Shown here one piece after another: positions 46,367 to 59,228 of a stretch of DNA of 64,000 bases. The DNA comes from Scenedesmus sp. PABB004 (lineage: Eukaryota). The stretch covers positions 806,001-870,000 of the forward strand of contig JABVCE010000012.1 in the NCBI GenBank assembly GCA_014905635.1, in the 5' to 3' direction. Each line of letters begins with the position of its first letter. Within the stretch, counting starts at the first letter, position 1. The notes beneath the pieces were generated by a model. That model was not told where the DNA came from. It ran no database searches and saw only the letters and a list, made by a program, of their open reading frames with translations. Position numbers and translations under genes: made by a program.

Positions 46367-47276
46367 TGCGCCGCAGGCGTGGGCGCGCGAGCTGGGTCAG
46401 GACTTTGTGGCCAACACCAACCTGCCCAACATCGACTTTGGCACCGTGCACGCATGGCCCGACAACTGGATGCTCCCCCAGGTGCGGCGCGCCCCCGCGG
46501 CACGCGCGCGCGCCGCGCACTCGCTGCGCTGCGCTGTGCGGTGCGCCTGCCGCCGCCGCCACCGCGCGCCCGCGCTCACACCCTCGTCTGCCCCCCGCGC
46601 TCGCGCGCGCGCGCGCGCGCGTGCCGCCGTGCGCGTGCAGGACAAGATCCCCGCGTTCCTGGACAAGTGGGTTCAGAGCCACATGACGGTCGGGTCCAAC
46701 CTCAGCGCGGGCGCCAAGCCGATTATGTTTGAGGAGTTTGGCAAGAAGCTCGACGCCGACCAGCAGACCGAGTGGATGATCGAGCAGCTGCGCGACCCGA
46801 TCTTCCAGTCGACGTACGCGAGCGTGGAGAAGGCGATCGACGCGGGGCAGCCGATCGCGGGGAGCATGTTCTGGAAGCTCGCGATCCCGGTGTTTGACGG
46901 CCAGGAGGCGCGCGGGCCGTACGGCGTCGACGACGGCGACTCGACCATGAAGGTCATCCAGGACCACGCCGAGTACATGAAGCGCAAGATGAACGGCGTG
47001 CCGCCGCGCCCCGAGTGCGGCCTCGGCGCGTGGTTTGGCACGCTCGACCAGACGAGCGGCGAGCGCAACTGCGCCGACGTGCCCGCCGCCGCGACGGCGT
47101 ACTACACGCCAAAGGCCAACAGCGACGCGATCGGGGCGAAGCTCGCGGAGGACCTCAAGGCCGGCAAGGCGCTCGTGTTCCCCACCAAGGCCGCGTGCTG
47201 CAAGCCCGGCACCGGCGCGTTCCCCGAGGGCTGTTCCGCTCCGAGCCGGCGCCTGCGCCGCGCCGCGCTGCTGTGA
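43849..47276 (+). CDS. GH5 endo-beta-1,4-mannanase-like protein, copy B (N-terminal membrane anchor)
   Basis: LFAVLAIVLLLAIPIAVPIAV transmembrane segment; VRMWAHT; SFIDNWKYYNGVDQY; IIAWNLINEPRC; KPIMFEEFGKK. Confidence 0.92.
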
Positions 47277-48266
47277 GCGGCACGCGCGGGGCGCGGGGCG
47301 GGGGGCGCGCGCGCGGCTGCAGCTGCAGCCGCGCGCGCGCGGGGCGGCGCGCGCGGGCGCGCGCCCGGGCCTGAACTGGCTGGGGCGGCGCCGCGCGCCC
47401 GCGCTGCGGGCGCCGAGAGAGCGGGCGGGCGCCGCGCCGGCGCGGGCTGCCTGAGTAGGCGTTAGGCGCGACGGCGCGGCGCGTCCCGAGCGCTCGCGAC
47501 GCTGCGAGGCTGCCTAGGCAGGCGTGTGTCTGTACAGAGCTTCCCGGCTGAAGTGATGCGGATCACTCTCTGATCTGTGCAGGGACGCGCGGGCGGCCCC
47601 TGCGCCGCCCGGGGCGCATTGCAGAGCGACCGAGCTCTGGGGCGCCCGAGGACCGCGGCGGCGCGCGCGCGCCGCACGTGCGCGCGCGCCCCGCGCGCTC
47701 TCTGCACATGGGGCGCGGGGGGCTGGTGCACACGCGGGCCGGGGTCGGGGGCCTGCACCACCACCACCACCAACGGATGCCACGACCACATAACGGCGGC
47801 GCCAGCAACAAGCCAGCGGCGCCGCGCTGCACGGCGGGCAGCGGCGAGCATACGCGCGGCGGCAGCCGCGGCGGCTCGGCGCGCGCCGCGCGCACAGCGC
47901 GCGCGCCGCGCACAGACCCTGCGTTGTTGCTGGCGCCCGCTGCGGCGGCGTGAGAGAGCGGCGGCGGGCAACGGCTAGAGACGCTGCTGTAACACAGCGA
48001 GCACGCGCGCGCTGGGCAAGCAGTCGACCGGACAGCGGTTTTTCGGCCAGACCCCGGCGACACGGCCGTCGCAAACCCGGCTTGCGCTCCTCCGCCCGCC
48101 ACTCCCAGGCCGCCCGCAAGCGGCACACCGGAGCGCGCTGCGCGGCGCCCTCCGCGCGCGGCCCCGCCCGCCGCCGCCGCAGCAGCAGCACCAGCACCAG
48201 CGGCCGCCTCCCCGCGCTTGCCGGGCCCGCCACCACCCCGGCGCTCGCCGGCGGGGGGCGTGGCCC

Positions 48267-49832
48267 ATGCACGGCACGGAGGGGGGGCCGGAGTGCCCCA
48301 AGAAGAGCCGCAAGCCGTACACGCTCACCAAGGTGCGCGAGTCGTGGACCAACGACGAGCACGAGCGCTTCACCAAGGCGCTGAAGCTCTACAACCGCGA
48401 CTGGAAGAAGATCGAGAGCTACGTGGGCACCAAAACGGTCGTGCAGGTTGGGGGCGATGCCCGCAATTGCCGCGCCCGCCCGCGCCCACCGCGCGCCGGC
48501 GTGCCCCGTGCGCCCGCCCAGCGACCTCCTGTCCGCGCACCCACCCGCAGATCCGGAGCCATGCGCAGAAGTACTTCCAGAAGGTCGCCAAGAGCGGCGG
48601 CACCGACGCCATCCCGCCGCCGCGCCCCAAGCGCCGCGCCAGCGACCCCCCGGGCGCCTCCCAGGCCAGCTCCGCCTTCCCCGAGTCCAAGCACGCGCGC
48701 CTGGCGGACGCGAGCCAGCTGACGCGCGCGACGAGCGCGCGCGAGGCGGACAGTGACGACGGGGCGCAGCCGCTGCAGGGCAAGCACGACGCCGGCACCG
48801 CGTCGCTGCGCTCCGTCGACGCACTCAACGCCAGCGCGCAGGTGGGCGGCGGGGCCAGCTCGCGCGCGCGCGCCCGGCGCGCGGGTGCAGCGCCGCGCGG
48901 CCGGCGGCGGCGCGCGCACACGCCCGCCGCTGCTGCGCCGCCGCCCGCGCCGCGCAGCTGGAGAGCTCGCGCGCCATCGTGTCGAGCCAGGGCCTGCAGA
49001 AGGTCTATCTCTTCCTAGCCTCCCTGTTCAGCACGGCGCCGGCCAACCACGCGGCGATGCTGCAGGGCCTCAGCGTGAGCCGCCGGCGCGCTCGCCTGCC
49101 GAGGCGCGCCGCGCCCGCCGCCGCCGCCGCCGAGCGCCGCGCGCCGCCGCCGCCGCTGCCGCCGCCCGCACGCCCGCGCAGCCGCGCGACCGGCAGATGG
49201 TGGTGCGCCTGCTGGCGGTGATGCAGGAGGAGCTGCCGCAGCACGCGGCCGCGGCGGCGGCTGCCGCTGCGCACACCGCGACGGCAACGACCACGGACAC
49301 CACCGGCGGCGGCGCGGCGGCGACCGTCACGGGCACCGCGGCCACGGTCACCGCCGCTGACACGACCGGCACGGCAGCGGCGGCGGTGGCCGCGGCGGCG
49401 GCCGAGGCGGGCGCGGCGGCAGCAGACGCAGCAGACGCAGACGCGGACGCAGACGCGGACGCAGACGCAGACGCGGCGCCAGCAGACGCGGGCGCGGCGC
49501 CGGCAGACGTGGCCGCGGCAGAAGATGGTGCGGGCGCGGTGCCAGCAGCTGCAGACGCAGCAGCAGGCGCGGACGCCGCGGCGGCGGCGCCATCGCCCGC
49601 CGACGGCGCCGGCGACGGGCAGCAGCAGGGCGCTGGCGAGGCGCCCGCCTCGGGCCCTGCCGCGGCCGACGCCCCGCGGCAGGAGCCCAGCGCGGACGCA
49701 GCGGGTGCCAGCTCGGACGCCGGGGCCGCGGGCAGCCCGCCGGCGAAGGCTGGGCCAGCCGAGCAGCCGCCCGCGGCGCCGGCTGGCTCCGCCGCCGACG
49801 AGGCGCTGGCGGGCGGCGGCAGCGATGGCTAG
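48267..49832 (+). CDS. SHAQKYF-class MYB transcription factor, REVEILLE/LCL-like
   Basis: KKSRKPYTLTKVRESWTNDEHERFTKALKLYNRDWKKIESYVGTKTVVQ/IRSHAQKYFQKV...PPPRPKRR; LCL-like KVYLFLASLF. Confidence 0.92.
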
Positions 49833-50349
49833 GACAGCCGCGGAGGGCGAGCAGCAGCAGCAACAGTGTACAGCAGCGGGGGAACGCAATTGCGAGAGCG
49901 GCGGGCGGTGGGCTTGCTTTGTCTGGCGGGCCATCTCAGCACTGCGCTTGCTGGGAGAGCTGAGCGGCGGAGCGGAGCGAGCGGGCCTGAGGGAGACGCG
50001 CACGTGCGCGCAGCGCGCGATTTTACGCGCTGAACTTCACACCTGGACCGAACCGCCGCCGCTCCGCCTGCGCGGGCACGCGCCTCGCTGATCGCAGCCA
50101 CACACCACAGCATGCGCAAACCAGCCTCCACCCAGACCAACCTCGGGCGCCGGCAACATCCGGCGGGCACAAACCCATTGACCGCGAACAATCGACCGCC
50201 TGCTTGTCAGTCCCGCCCCGCCTCCCTCCCTCATGTCATGTGCATGTCTCAGCGCGCAGCAGTGACCCCAGGCCTTGTGTACAACAAAAGCTTCGCGCGC
50301 GCCCCCGCTGTTGCTCCGGCCAGCTCCGCGCCGCGCGCCGTGCTGTGCC

Positions 50350-53186
50350 TCACTTTTTGTCGTCGTCGTCGTCGTCGACGTCGGCGTTGCGGTTGGCCGC
50401 GGGCACGACCCGGATGAGCACGAGCGTCGCCGCCGCGCTCACGGCCGCCGCGACGGTGAGGAGGATTCCGGGCGAGACCATGATGCGCCCCGTCGCCGCC
50501 ACGAGCGCGGTGACGACGGTCGGGCTGATGCCGCCTGCGCGCGCGCGGCGGCGGCGGCGCGCGGCGGCGGCGGTCGGCGGCGGCACGCGCCGGCCGCGCG
50601 CGGGCCGCGCGCGCGCGTCGGCCGAGGCTCGCTGCGCGGCGCGGCGCGGCGCGGCGCGCACCGAGCCAGCTCATCGCGATGTTGTGCCCCAGGTTGAACC
50701 CCGTCGCCCGCACGGAGGCGGGGTAGAAGCTCGAGCACGTCGCTGCGGCGCGGCGGCGGCAGAAGCGGCACGCGCGTGGGCGGGGGCGCGCAGCCTTGCT
50801 GGGCGCGCGGCCCCGCTGGGCGCGCCGGGGGGCCGAGCGCGGCACGCGCCCCGCGGCGGCCCCTGCGCGCTGCGCGCCGCGCACCAGGGATGAGGCCGAG
50901 CACCCAGCCGAGCATCATCATAAGCATTGCGTGCAGCAGCCACGCGCCCGCGACGCGCGCGCGCGCAAAGCCGAGGAACGCCGGCAGCGTGACGCCCGCA
51001 GCGGCGACCATGACGGCAAAGCACGACCACAGGCGCGGCATGCCGCGGTCGGCCGCCCAGCCCGCGGTGAGCTGCATGACCGCGACCAGCATGAGGTTGC
51101 ACACGAGCATGCCCTGCGACACCAGCTCCGGCATGCTGACCGGCGGCTTGCGCAGCGCGCCGGGCAGCCAGCTCGCGAGCGTCCAAAAGCCGATGGACAC
51201 CCACGCCTCGAACAGCACCTGCAGCAGCAGCACGCCGCCGTGCTTGCGCAGCAGGCGCGCGATGGGCACGTAGTGACCCGCCGCCGGGGGGAGGCCCTCG
51301 ATCGACACCGCCGCGTCGGCGCCGCCCGGCGGCGCTGGCGGCGGCGGCGGCGGTAGCGCGGCCTTGGCCGCGCCCGGGGCCGCCGGCGCGGGGCCCGCGG
51401 CGACGCAGCCGTCGCGCGGGCGCTCCTCTGGCGCCGCCGCCGCCGCCGGGCTGGCTGGGTGCCCCGCCTCGACGTCGGCCGAGTGCCGCCGCCAGCCGCG
51501 CGGGCTGGCCGCGCCGCCGCCGCTCGCCGCCGACGCGCGCCGGCTGCTCGCGCGGCTGCCGAGCGACGAGCGGCGCGAGGCGAGGCGCTCCAGGTTGTGG
51601 TGGATTGTCGCCGCGCGGTTGGCCACAAACTCGTGGGGCTCGGGCATGTGCAGCCGCAGCGCAAACGCGGTCGCCGCGCTCACGCTCGACAGCAGGAAAG
51701 GGATGCGCCAGCCAAACAGCAGCATTTGGGCTGCGTCAGCGCGGGGCGCGGGGGCGGCGCGGGCCGGCGGCGTGGGGCGGCGCGCGTCAACGGCGCGGCG
51801 GGCGCGGGTCAGCGCGCGCGGCGGCGCGGCCAGCGCGGCGGGCTCCATGCGCGCGCGGCGGGCGCGACTCGCGCGCGCGGCGGGCTCCTAGCGCGCCCGG
51901 CGCGCGGCGGCGGCGCACCGTCGTTGAAGATCGCTTCGACCACCATGACCACGACCACGCCGAGCGCGCAGCCAAACATGCTGCTCACAAAGCCGATCGA
52001 CCCGACCATGGCCTTGCGCGCGGGCGGGGCGATCTCGTGCAGGTAGACCTGCCGGCGGCGGCGGCGGCGGCGGCGCAGCCAGCGCCCAGCGGCGCGCGCG
52101 CTCAGCGCATGGTGCAGGCTGGCAGCACGCGCGGCGGCGCGCGGCGGCGGCAGGCGGCAGGCGGCAGGCGCGCACCATCGCCGAGCCAAACTCGCCCCCG
52201 ACGGCGAGGCCCTGCACGAGGCGCAGCACGGCGAGCAGCGCCGGCGCGGCGATGCCGACCTGGGCAAAGGTGGGCAGGCAGCCGATGAGCACGGTGGGCA
52301 CGGCCATGAGCGCCACGCTCAGCAGCAGCGTGATGCGCCGCCCGCGCGTGTCGCCGATGTGGCCTGGCGCCGCGGCGGCGGGGAGCGGGCGGGGAGCGGG
52401 CCGGGAGCGGCGGCGGCGGCGGCGGCGGTCAGCGCCGCGCGCGCTGCTGCTGCGCACGGCGCCTGCGGCTGCGGCTGCCGCTGCTGCGGCTGCCGTCGCG
52501 CGGCGGCGGGCGGCGCGCGGCGCACCAAACAGGATCGACCCCAGCGGCCGGCTGATGAAGCCGACCGCGTACACGCCCCAGAAGGAGAGCTGCTGCACCG
52601 CCAGGTCATTGCTGGGGAAGAAGACCTGCGGACGGCGGCGGCGGCGGCCCGGGCGGCGACGATGAGGGACGGCGGGCGCGCGCGTGTGGCGGGCCCCGCA
52701 GCGCCGCGCCGCCCCGCCGGGGCCGTCGCACGGCGCGGCCGCGCGCGCCTTGGTGAGGTAGGACGACGCGGTGGCGTACACGAAGAAGTCATACCTGCGT
52801 AGCGGCGGGAGGAGGCGGCCGGTGAGCCGCCGCGCCCGCCGCTGCGTTGCGCCGAGCACGCCCCCGTCTGCCGTGCCTGTGCCCCCCGCGGCGCCGCCCG
52901 CGCAGCACTGCCCGCGCGGCGCGCACCACTCAAGCAACGTGCCGCACGCGATGGCGATGACGAGCACCACGAACCTGCGGGCGGGTGGGGGCGAGCTTTG
53001 TGCACCGCCGCCGGCGTTCGCGGCGCGGCAGCAGCGGAAGCCCTGCGTGCCGCCTGGTGCCGCCGCGCTGCGGCGCCGAGCGGCGCGTCCCACGGGCCCG
53101 CGGGCCCGGCAGCAGTCTCGGGCGGGCATTAACAGGCCCGCACGGCGCCCGGTTGGCGCGCACGGCGGCCGCTGAGCTGTGCGCAT
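50350..53186 (-). CDS. MFS transporter, ProP/MHS (metabolite:H+ symporter) family; start uncertain (53129 or 53186)
   Basis: GTLLEW/YDFFVYA, FISRPLGSILFG/HIGDTRGRR, LIGCLPTFAQVGIAAPALLAVLRLVQGLAVGGEFG, GWRIPFL, FYPASVRATG. Confidence 0.9.
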
Positions 53187-53711
53187 GCCCCCGCCGCTCA
53201 CTGTCGGTCCGTCAGCTCCGCCCCGTAGCGGTGGCGGTGGTGACGTCGCGCTGCCAGCCCCATGGTGGCGCCGCGCGGCGCACGGGCGGCGTGCGTGCGG
53301 CGAGCAGGAGCCGGGCAGAGCGAGAGCTTCGTGTGGGGCGGCTTGCAGCGGGAGCAGCGCTTCGCCGCTGCGGTCGTGCGATCGGGACCGCGGCGGCCGT
53401 GCGGGCGGGGCCGGGAGCTTGCCCCGGCGGCGCCGCTGGGTGTGACGTGCGGGGTGTGAGCCGTCGCGTTTTGCTGCGCCGTTCGGCGCGCCGGCAGCCG
53501 CCGCCGCTCTGGGCGCGCAGCGCCGGCCGCGGGCGGCAGCGGCGGGTCGCACGGCAGCCACCGGCCGGCGCCGCCCTGCCCGGGGGCCGCCGCGGGCGGT
53601 CAACGCGCTACAGCTGTGCCGCGCTGCTGCTCGAGCCGAGCGCGCCGCGCTCGCCGCCGCCGGCCAGTTGCCGAGTTGCTCCCGTCCCACCGCGCGCAGA
53701 GGGAAGCGAGC

Positions 53712-54709
53712 ATGGAGGTCAAGGCAGGCCCCACGGCGCGCCCGCGCTCGCCCGCCACGCCCGAGCGGCGCAGCGCGGCGCGCCCCCGCTCCGCCAGCCC
53801 GCGCAAGCGGCCCGCCTGGGTCGTCGCCAACTGGAAGCACCGCGTCCCCGAGCGCCCCGCCTCGCCGGGGCCGGGCGGCGCCGGCGCCGGCGCCGGCGAC
53901 AGCGGCGAGCGCGCGGCGGTCGCGGCGGCGGCGGCGCGCGAGCGCCGCGCGGCGGCGGGCGCGGCGGGTGAGGCAGCAGACCGGTACCATGGCGCGGCGC
54001 GGCGCGCGGGGCGGCGCCGCGGCACGCTGTCGGCGCAGCTCACGCGCGCCGGCCCTCTGCCGCGTCCCAGAGCTAGACCACCTGCACGACACCATCGCGC
54101 GCGTGCTGGCGCGCTGCGCCGAGGTGCAGCGCCGCCTGGGCGGCGCCGCGGCCGCGCGCGGCGCCTCCAGCGCCGGCGGCGCGCGCCGCGGCGCGGCGCG
54201 CGCCCCACCTTCCTCACCGCGCGCTCGGCGCTGCTCTTCGAGCCGGGTCCGGGCGGCGGCGGCGGCGAGCTCGCGGCGCAGCCGTGGGCGGGCGCGGTGG
54301 ACCTGAACCCCGGCATGAGCCTGCCCGCGGGTGAGGCGGGACGCGGCGGGTGCAGCACGCGAAGAGGCCTCGCGCGCGCCGGGCGGCACAGCTGCTCACC
54401 GCGGCCCGCCGCCGCGGTGCAGGCAGCCCCGCGCGCGCGGCGGCGACGTGCCGCGCCGCGCCCAGCGAGCTGCCGGCGCTGCTGGCGCGCATGCACGGCG
54501 TCGCGGACGAGCTGCGCGGCGTCGGCGGCGCGGGCGCGAGCGGCGAGCCGGGTGGTAGCCTGAGCGGCCTGAGCCACCGCGAGGCGCTGCAGGCCAGCAC
54601 CCAGGCGGCGCGCGGCGCGCTGCACAGCGCGCTGCGGCGCGGCGCGCTGGCGGCGCCCCGCGAGCAGGGGCCGGGCGCGCTGCTGGCGTCGTGGGAGTGG
54701 TACGACTGA
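53712..54709 (+). CDS. Uncharacterised small protein (apparent frameshift at about 54180-54210)
   Basis: Coding-like exons KRPAWVVANWKHRVP / ELDHLHDTIARVLARCAEV / ELPALLARMHGVADEL...SWEWYD-stop, with GT-AG introns. Confidence 0.55.
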
Positions 54710-54828
54710 GCGCGTCGGCGGCAGGGCAACTCCTAGTCACAACGCGCGCGGCAGCAACGGCGGCCGCGCTCGCAGCCGCGTCTTGCGGCCGGGCTGCAGC
54801 AAGTCCCGCTCGACCCCCCCCCCCCGCC

Positions 54829-57800
54829 TCACACCACGGCGGCGCGCCGGTGGGCCTCGATCCTGCCCGCGCCGCCGTGCGCCGCGTCGGCGCCGGACTC
54901 GAGCGCGTCGGCCCCCGCGTTGAGCGCGTCGCCCGCCGCGTCCAGCCCGCCGGCAGCGGCGCCCGCGGCAGCGTCGGCTGCGGCGCCCGCGCCGCGCCGC
55001 GCCGCGCCGCCCGCGGCCTGCGCGCGCTCGGCCGCACCGTGCACCGCGCCCGCCAGCGCCTGGCCGCCCTCCCTCGCCGCCGCGTGCGCGACCGCCGCGC
55101 CCGTGGCGGCCAGGTCGGCGGCCAGCTCCCCGCCGCCCTCGACCGCCTGCGCCGCGCGGTGGGCCGCGCCCGCCACCCCATCCCTGGCGGCGGCCGCGGC
55201 CTGCTGCACGCGGCCGACCGCGCCGCCAGCCGCATCGCGCAGCGGCTCGTCCGCGTCCGCCGTGCGGCTGGCCGCGCGCAGCGCCTCGTCCTTGGCGGCG
55301 GCGGCGGCGTCAAAGGTCACCCCCACCACCGGCAGGCCGAGATGCGCGTGGCCGCTGCCGCCGCCGCGCGGCGGCTGCCGGCCGCGCTCGTGGTGCGCGG
55401 CCGCCAGGCGGTCAGCGGTGCCGTGCGCCGCGGCGCCGGCGGCCGCGAGCGCGTCGGCGCCGGCGTCGAGCGCGTCGCCCGCGGCGTCAAACCCCGCGGC
55501 CGCCGCACCCGCGCCGGCCGCCAGGGCTAGCCCACCCACGCCGGCGGCGGCGTCGTGCAGGCCCGCCGCGCCCGCCGCCACGCCGTGCGCCACGTCACCG
55601 ACGGCGTGCGCGGCGCCCGCCGCCGCGCCCGCCGCGGTCGCCTGCACCGCGTGCGCCGCGCCTGTGGCGGTGTCGTGCACGGCCTGCGCGGCCTGCTGGC
55701 CCTTCGCCACGACCGCGCCGGCGGCCGCGGCGGCGGTGCCAGCCGCCTCGGCCGCGAGGTGCCGGCTGTGCCGCGCCGCGCCGGCCATCGCCTGCGCGGC
55801 CGCCTCTGCCGCCTCTTCAAAGCCGTCTGCCGCCGTGCGCACGGCCGCCTCGGCGGCGTGCCTGGCGGCCGCCGCGGCGCCCTTGACCGCGCCAGCGGTG
55901 CCCGCCGCTGCGTCAGTCGCGGCCTGGTGTGCTGCCGCCGCGGCGTGCTTCACACCCGCCTCGGCCGCGGCGGCCGCGTTCTGGCCCCCGCGACGGCCGC
56001 CAACGCGGCGCCCGCGGCCGCCTCGCGCGCGGCCGCCGCCTGCTCCGCGACCGCGCCGCCTGCCACCGCCGCCCGCGCGGCTGCGCCCTCCGCCAGCTCC
56101 CGCGTGCCCTCCGCTGCATGCTGGAAGGGCGCCGCGGCCGCCCCGGCCGCCTTGCGCGCCGCCGCCGCCGCAGCGTCGGGCACCGCCTCGGCCGCATGCG
56201 CCAGCTCCGACGCCGCGGCGGCGAGCTTGGCGAAGAGCGCGTTGCTCGCCGCGCCGCCGAGCGCGCCGGCGGCCTCGACGCCGCCGGCCGCGCCCTCGAG
56301 CGCATGCCGCAGCGCGGCCTCGGCCTCCTCCAGCAGCGCCGCGCTGTGCTGCTGCAGCGCATGGGCGGCCGCCACCTTGTGCAGCACGACGGTGGCCTTG
56401 TCGCCGCGCAGCTGGGCGAGCTCGGCCTGGAGCGCCGGCGGCGCACGCGCGCCGCCCGCCCGGCCGCAGGCGGCGGCGGGGGCAGCCGTGGCCTCCTGCT
56501 CCTGGTCCGCCTGCAGCGCCTCGCCCACCGTCGTGACGCGCGGCCCACCGCAGGCCGCCGGCGGCGGCGCGGCCTCGCGGCGGGCCCGGGGCAGCAGGTG
56601 CCGGGCAGCCGGCAGCACGCGCAGCGGCGCCAGCACCGCGTGGCCAAGGCTGGAGCCTGCGTGCGTGGCAGCAGGGCGTGGGCCGGCGGGTGAGGCCCAG
56701 GCAGGGCGAGGCGCGGGCGGCGCCGGCCGGCGGGGCGCCCCGCACGCCCGCGCCGCGCGCCCACACCCGCGTGCGCCAGGCCGCTCGCGGCGGCGGCGAC
56801 CACGGTCGCCATCGCCTCGCTCGCGCTCTGCGGCGGCGCGTCCAGCCCCAGCTCGGCCAGGGCGCTCGCGTTCAGCCGCACCTCGCCGCGCGGCGCCGGG
56901 TAGCTCGCCCCCGCCCACGCGGCCGCCAGGCGCTGCCGCACGGGCGCGGCGGCGGCCAGGCGGCGCGCGCGCCGCGCCGGCTGCGCCGCCAGCACGCGCT
57001 CGCGCTGCGCCTCGCCCGCGCCGCGCAGGCGGCCGAGCACGCCCTGCGCGGCGCCGGCGACGTGGGCGGGCGCCTGGGCCGCCGCGCTGGAGGCGAGGTC
57101 GGCCAGCTCCTCCGCCGCCAGGTGCAGCACGCCGTGGGGCGCGGCCGGCGCGTCGGCCGGCGCGCGCGCGGGGGCCGCGGCGGCGCCGTGCCCGCGCGCC
57201 GCCTCCCAGGCGCGCTCCTGCTCCTGCACCTCGCCCGCCCAGTCGCGCGCCTGCTGCGCCGCCTGCTGCACGGGCTCCGGCAGCATCTCTGCGGCGCGCG
57301 CGGCCGCCCCCTGCGCCGCGGCCAGCACCGGCGCGGCGGGGCCCGCCTGCTGCTCATGCCGGGGGCGCGCCTGCCCTGCGAGCTGCTGCGCCGACTTGAC
57401 GGCGCCGCCGGCCGCCCCGCGGCCGCCTGGTCGATGAAGCTGGCCGCGCCCTCCACGGCGCTCGCCGCGCGCTGGCCCACGCCCTGCGCCGCCCCGTGCG
57501 CAGCCGCGCCCGCGGCGGCGGCGGCCGCCGCCGTGTCCGCCGCGGCGTCCCTGACCGTGTCGCCGGCGGCCGCGGCCGCGCGCTGGCCCGCCTCGGCCGC
57601 CGCCTCGCCGGCGCGGCCCACTGCGGCGGCCGCCTCGCGCTGCGCGCCGCGCCACCACGCGTGGGGCGGGAAGCCCCACCAGGCGGACGCGGGGGAGCTG
57701 CCTGCGCCCGGGCCCGTGCGCGCCGGCTCGGCGGCCGAGGTCACGAGGCTCGCGGCGCCGTGCGGTGCCGCCACCTGCAGCGGCTCCTCCAGCAGCGGCG

Positions 57801-58878
57801 GCGGCGCGGCGCTGTCAGCGGCGCCACGCGCGGCCCCGCCGGGCTCCTCCTGCCCGCCCGGCACTGCCCCGGCGCGCTCATCACCCTGCCCCTCGCGCGG
57901 CAGGCCGGCGCGGCCGTGCCCGCCGCGCGCCGCGGCCGCCGCGCCGTGCGCTGCGCCCGCCGCGCCGTGCAGCGCGTCGGCGCCGGCGCCCAGCGCGTCG
58001 CCGCCGGCGTCCAGCCCCGCGGCGGCCGCGCCCTCGGCGGCGTCGGCGGCCGCGGCCGCGGCGTGCTCGGCCGCGTGCCGCACGGCGCGCGCGCCGCTCG
58101 CCCCCGCGGGCGCCGCCATGTGCGCCAGGCGGCGCGCCGCCTGCAGGATGCGCCGCCAGAGGTGCACCGCGGCCCCGCGAGGCGCCGCCTCGCCGCCGGC
58201 GGCGCCGGCGGCCGCCGGGTCGCCGCCGCCAAGCCGCTCCAGGCAGGCCAGCGCCTGCGCGACCGCGGCGTCGGCGTCGGCGCCGCCCGGCGCCTGGGCG
58301 TCGCCCAGCACTTCCAGCACGTCGCAGGCCACGCCGCCGCCGGCGCCGCTGCCGGCCGGCAGCAGCTGGTGCAGGTGCGCCGCGACAACGCGCAGCGACG
58401 CCACGCTGCTCTCGCGCGGCCCGTCGGCGCCGCCGCCCCGCGCCGCGCGCGGCGCGCCCGGCAGGCCGCCGGCCGCCCAGTCGCGCAGCCGCGCCTCGGC
58501 CGCGCCCAGCGCGCGCAGCGCGGAGCGGAAGCCCTCCGCCTCGGCAGGCGGCAGCCCCAGCCCCAGCACCGCCTCGTGCGCCGACTCGATCAGGTGCGCC
58601 AGCGCCGCGTGGGCCTCGTGCAGCGCGGCCGCCGCGGCGCCCGGGTCGGCCGCGAGCGCGCGCGCCGCGCCGGCGGCCGGCGGCGGCGCGGCGGCGGCGG
58701 CGGCGGCGGCGCCGCCGTCGTCCCACACGCGCGGGTCCAACGGGCCGCCTGCGAGGCGCTGCGCCCAGCCGCCGCCGCCCGAGGCGGCGACGGCGCCGCC
58801 GCGCGGCGCCGCGACCAGGGCCAGCGCGACCGCGAGCGCCAGCGCGGCCGTGGCGGCGGCGTGGGCGGCGCGCGCCAT
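54829..58878 (-). CDS. Large Ala-rich, LEA-like repeat protein with an N-terminal signal peptide; apparent frameshifts at about 57416 and 55987
   Basis: MARAAHAAATAALALAVALALVAAP; three repeats of G[LF]DA[AG]GDALxAGADAL; one intron at about 56659-56766. Confidence 0.6.
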
Positions 58879-59228
58879 GGTCGAGGGCTGCGCGCGCGGT
58901 CGGCGGCGCGCGACGCGACGCGCGCGAGTGCGGCGGCGAGCGAGAGGGCGGCGCCGGCGCGTGCGTGTGCTGCTGCCGCACGCACGACGGCTGACTGTTC
59001 GCGCCCGGGCGTGAGCGCGCTCGGCCGGGCAACTCGGGGGGCGCGCGCTGTCACCTGCCACAGCCCGCGCCACCGCTGCGCCTCGCCTCGCCCGCAGCAC
59101 CGGAGCGTCGGGCCAGAGCGATCGAGCGAGGCGCGCTGGCAGCACGCCGCGTTCTCGACCGGGAGCCCGCCATCTGCTGCCGTGCTGCTGTCAAGCGCCC
59201 GCCAGCCCCCGGCCGAGGCAGGCCCGCC

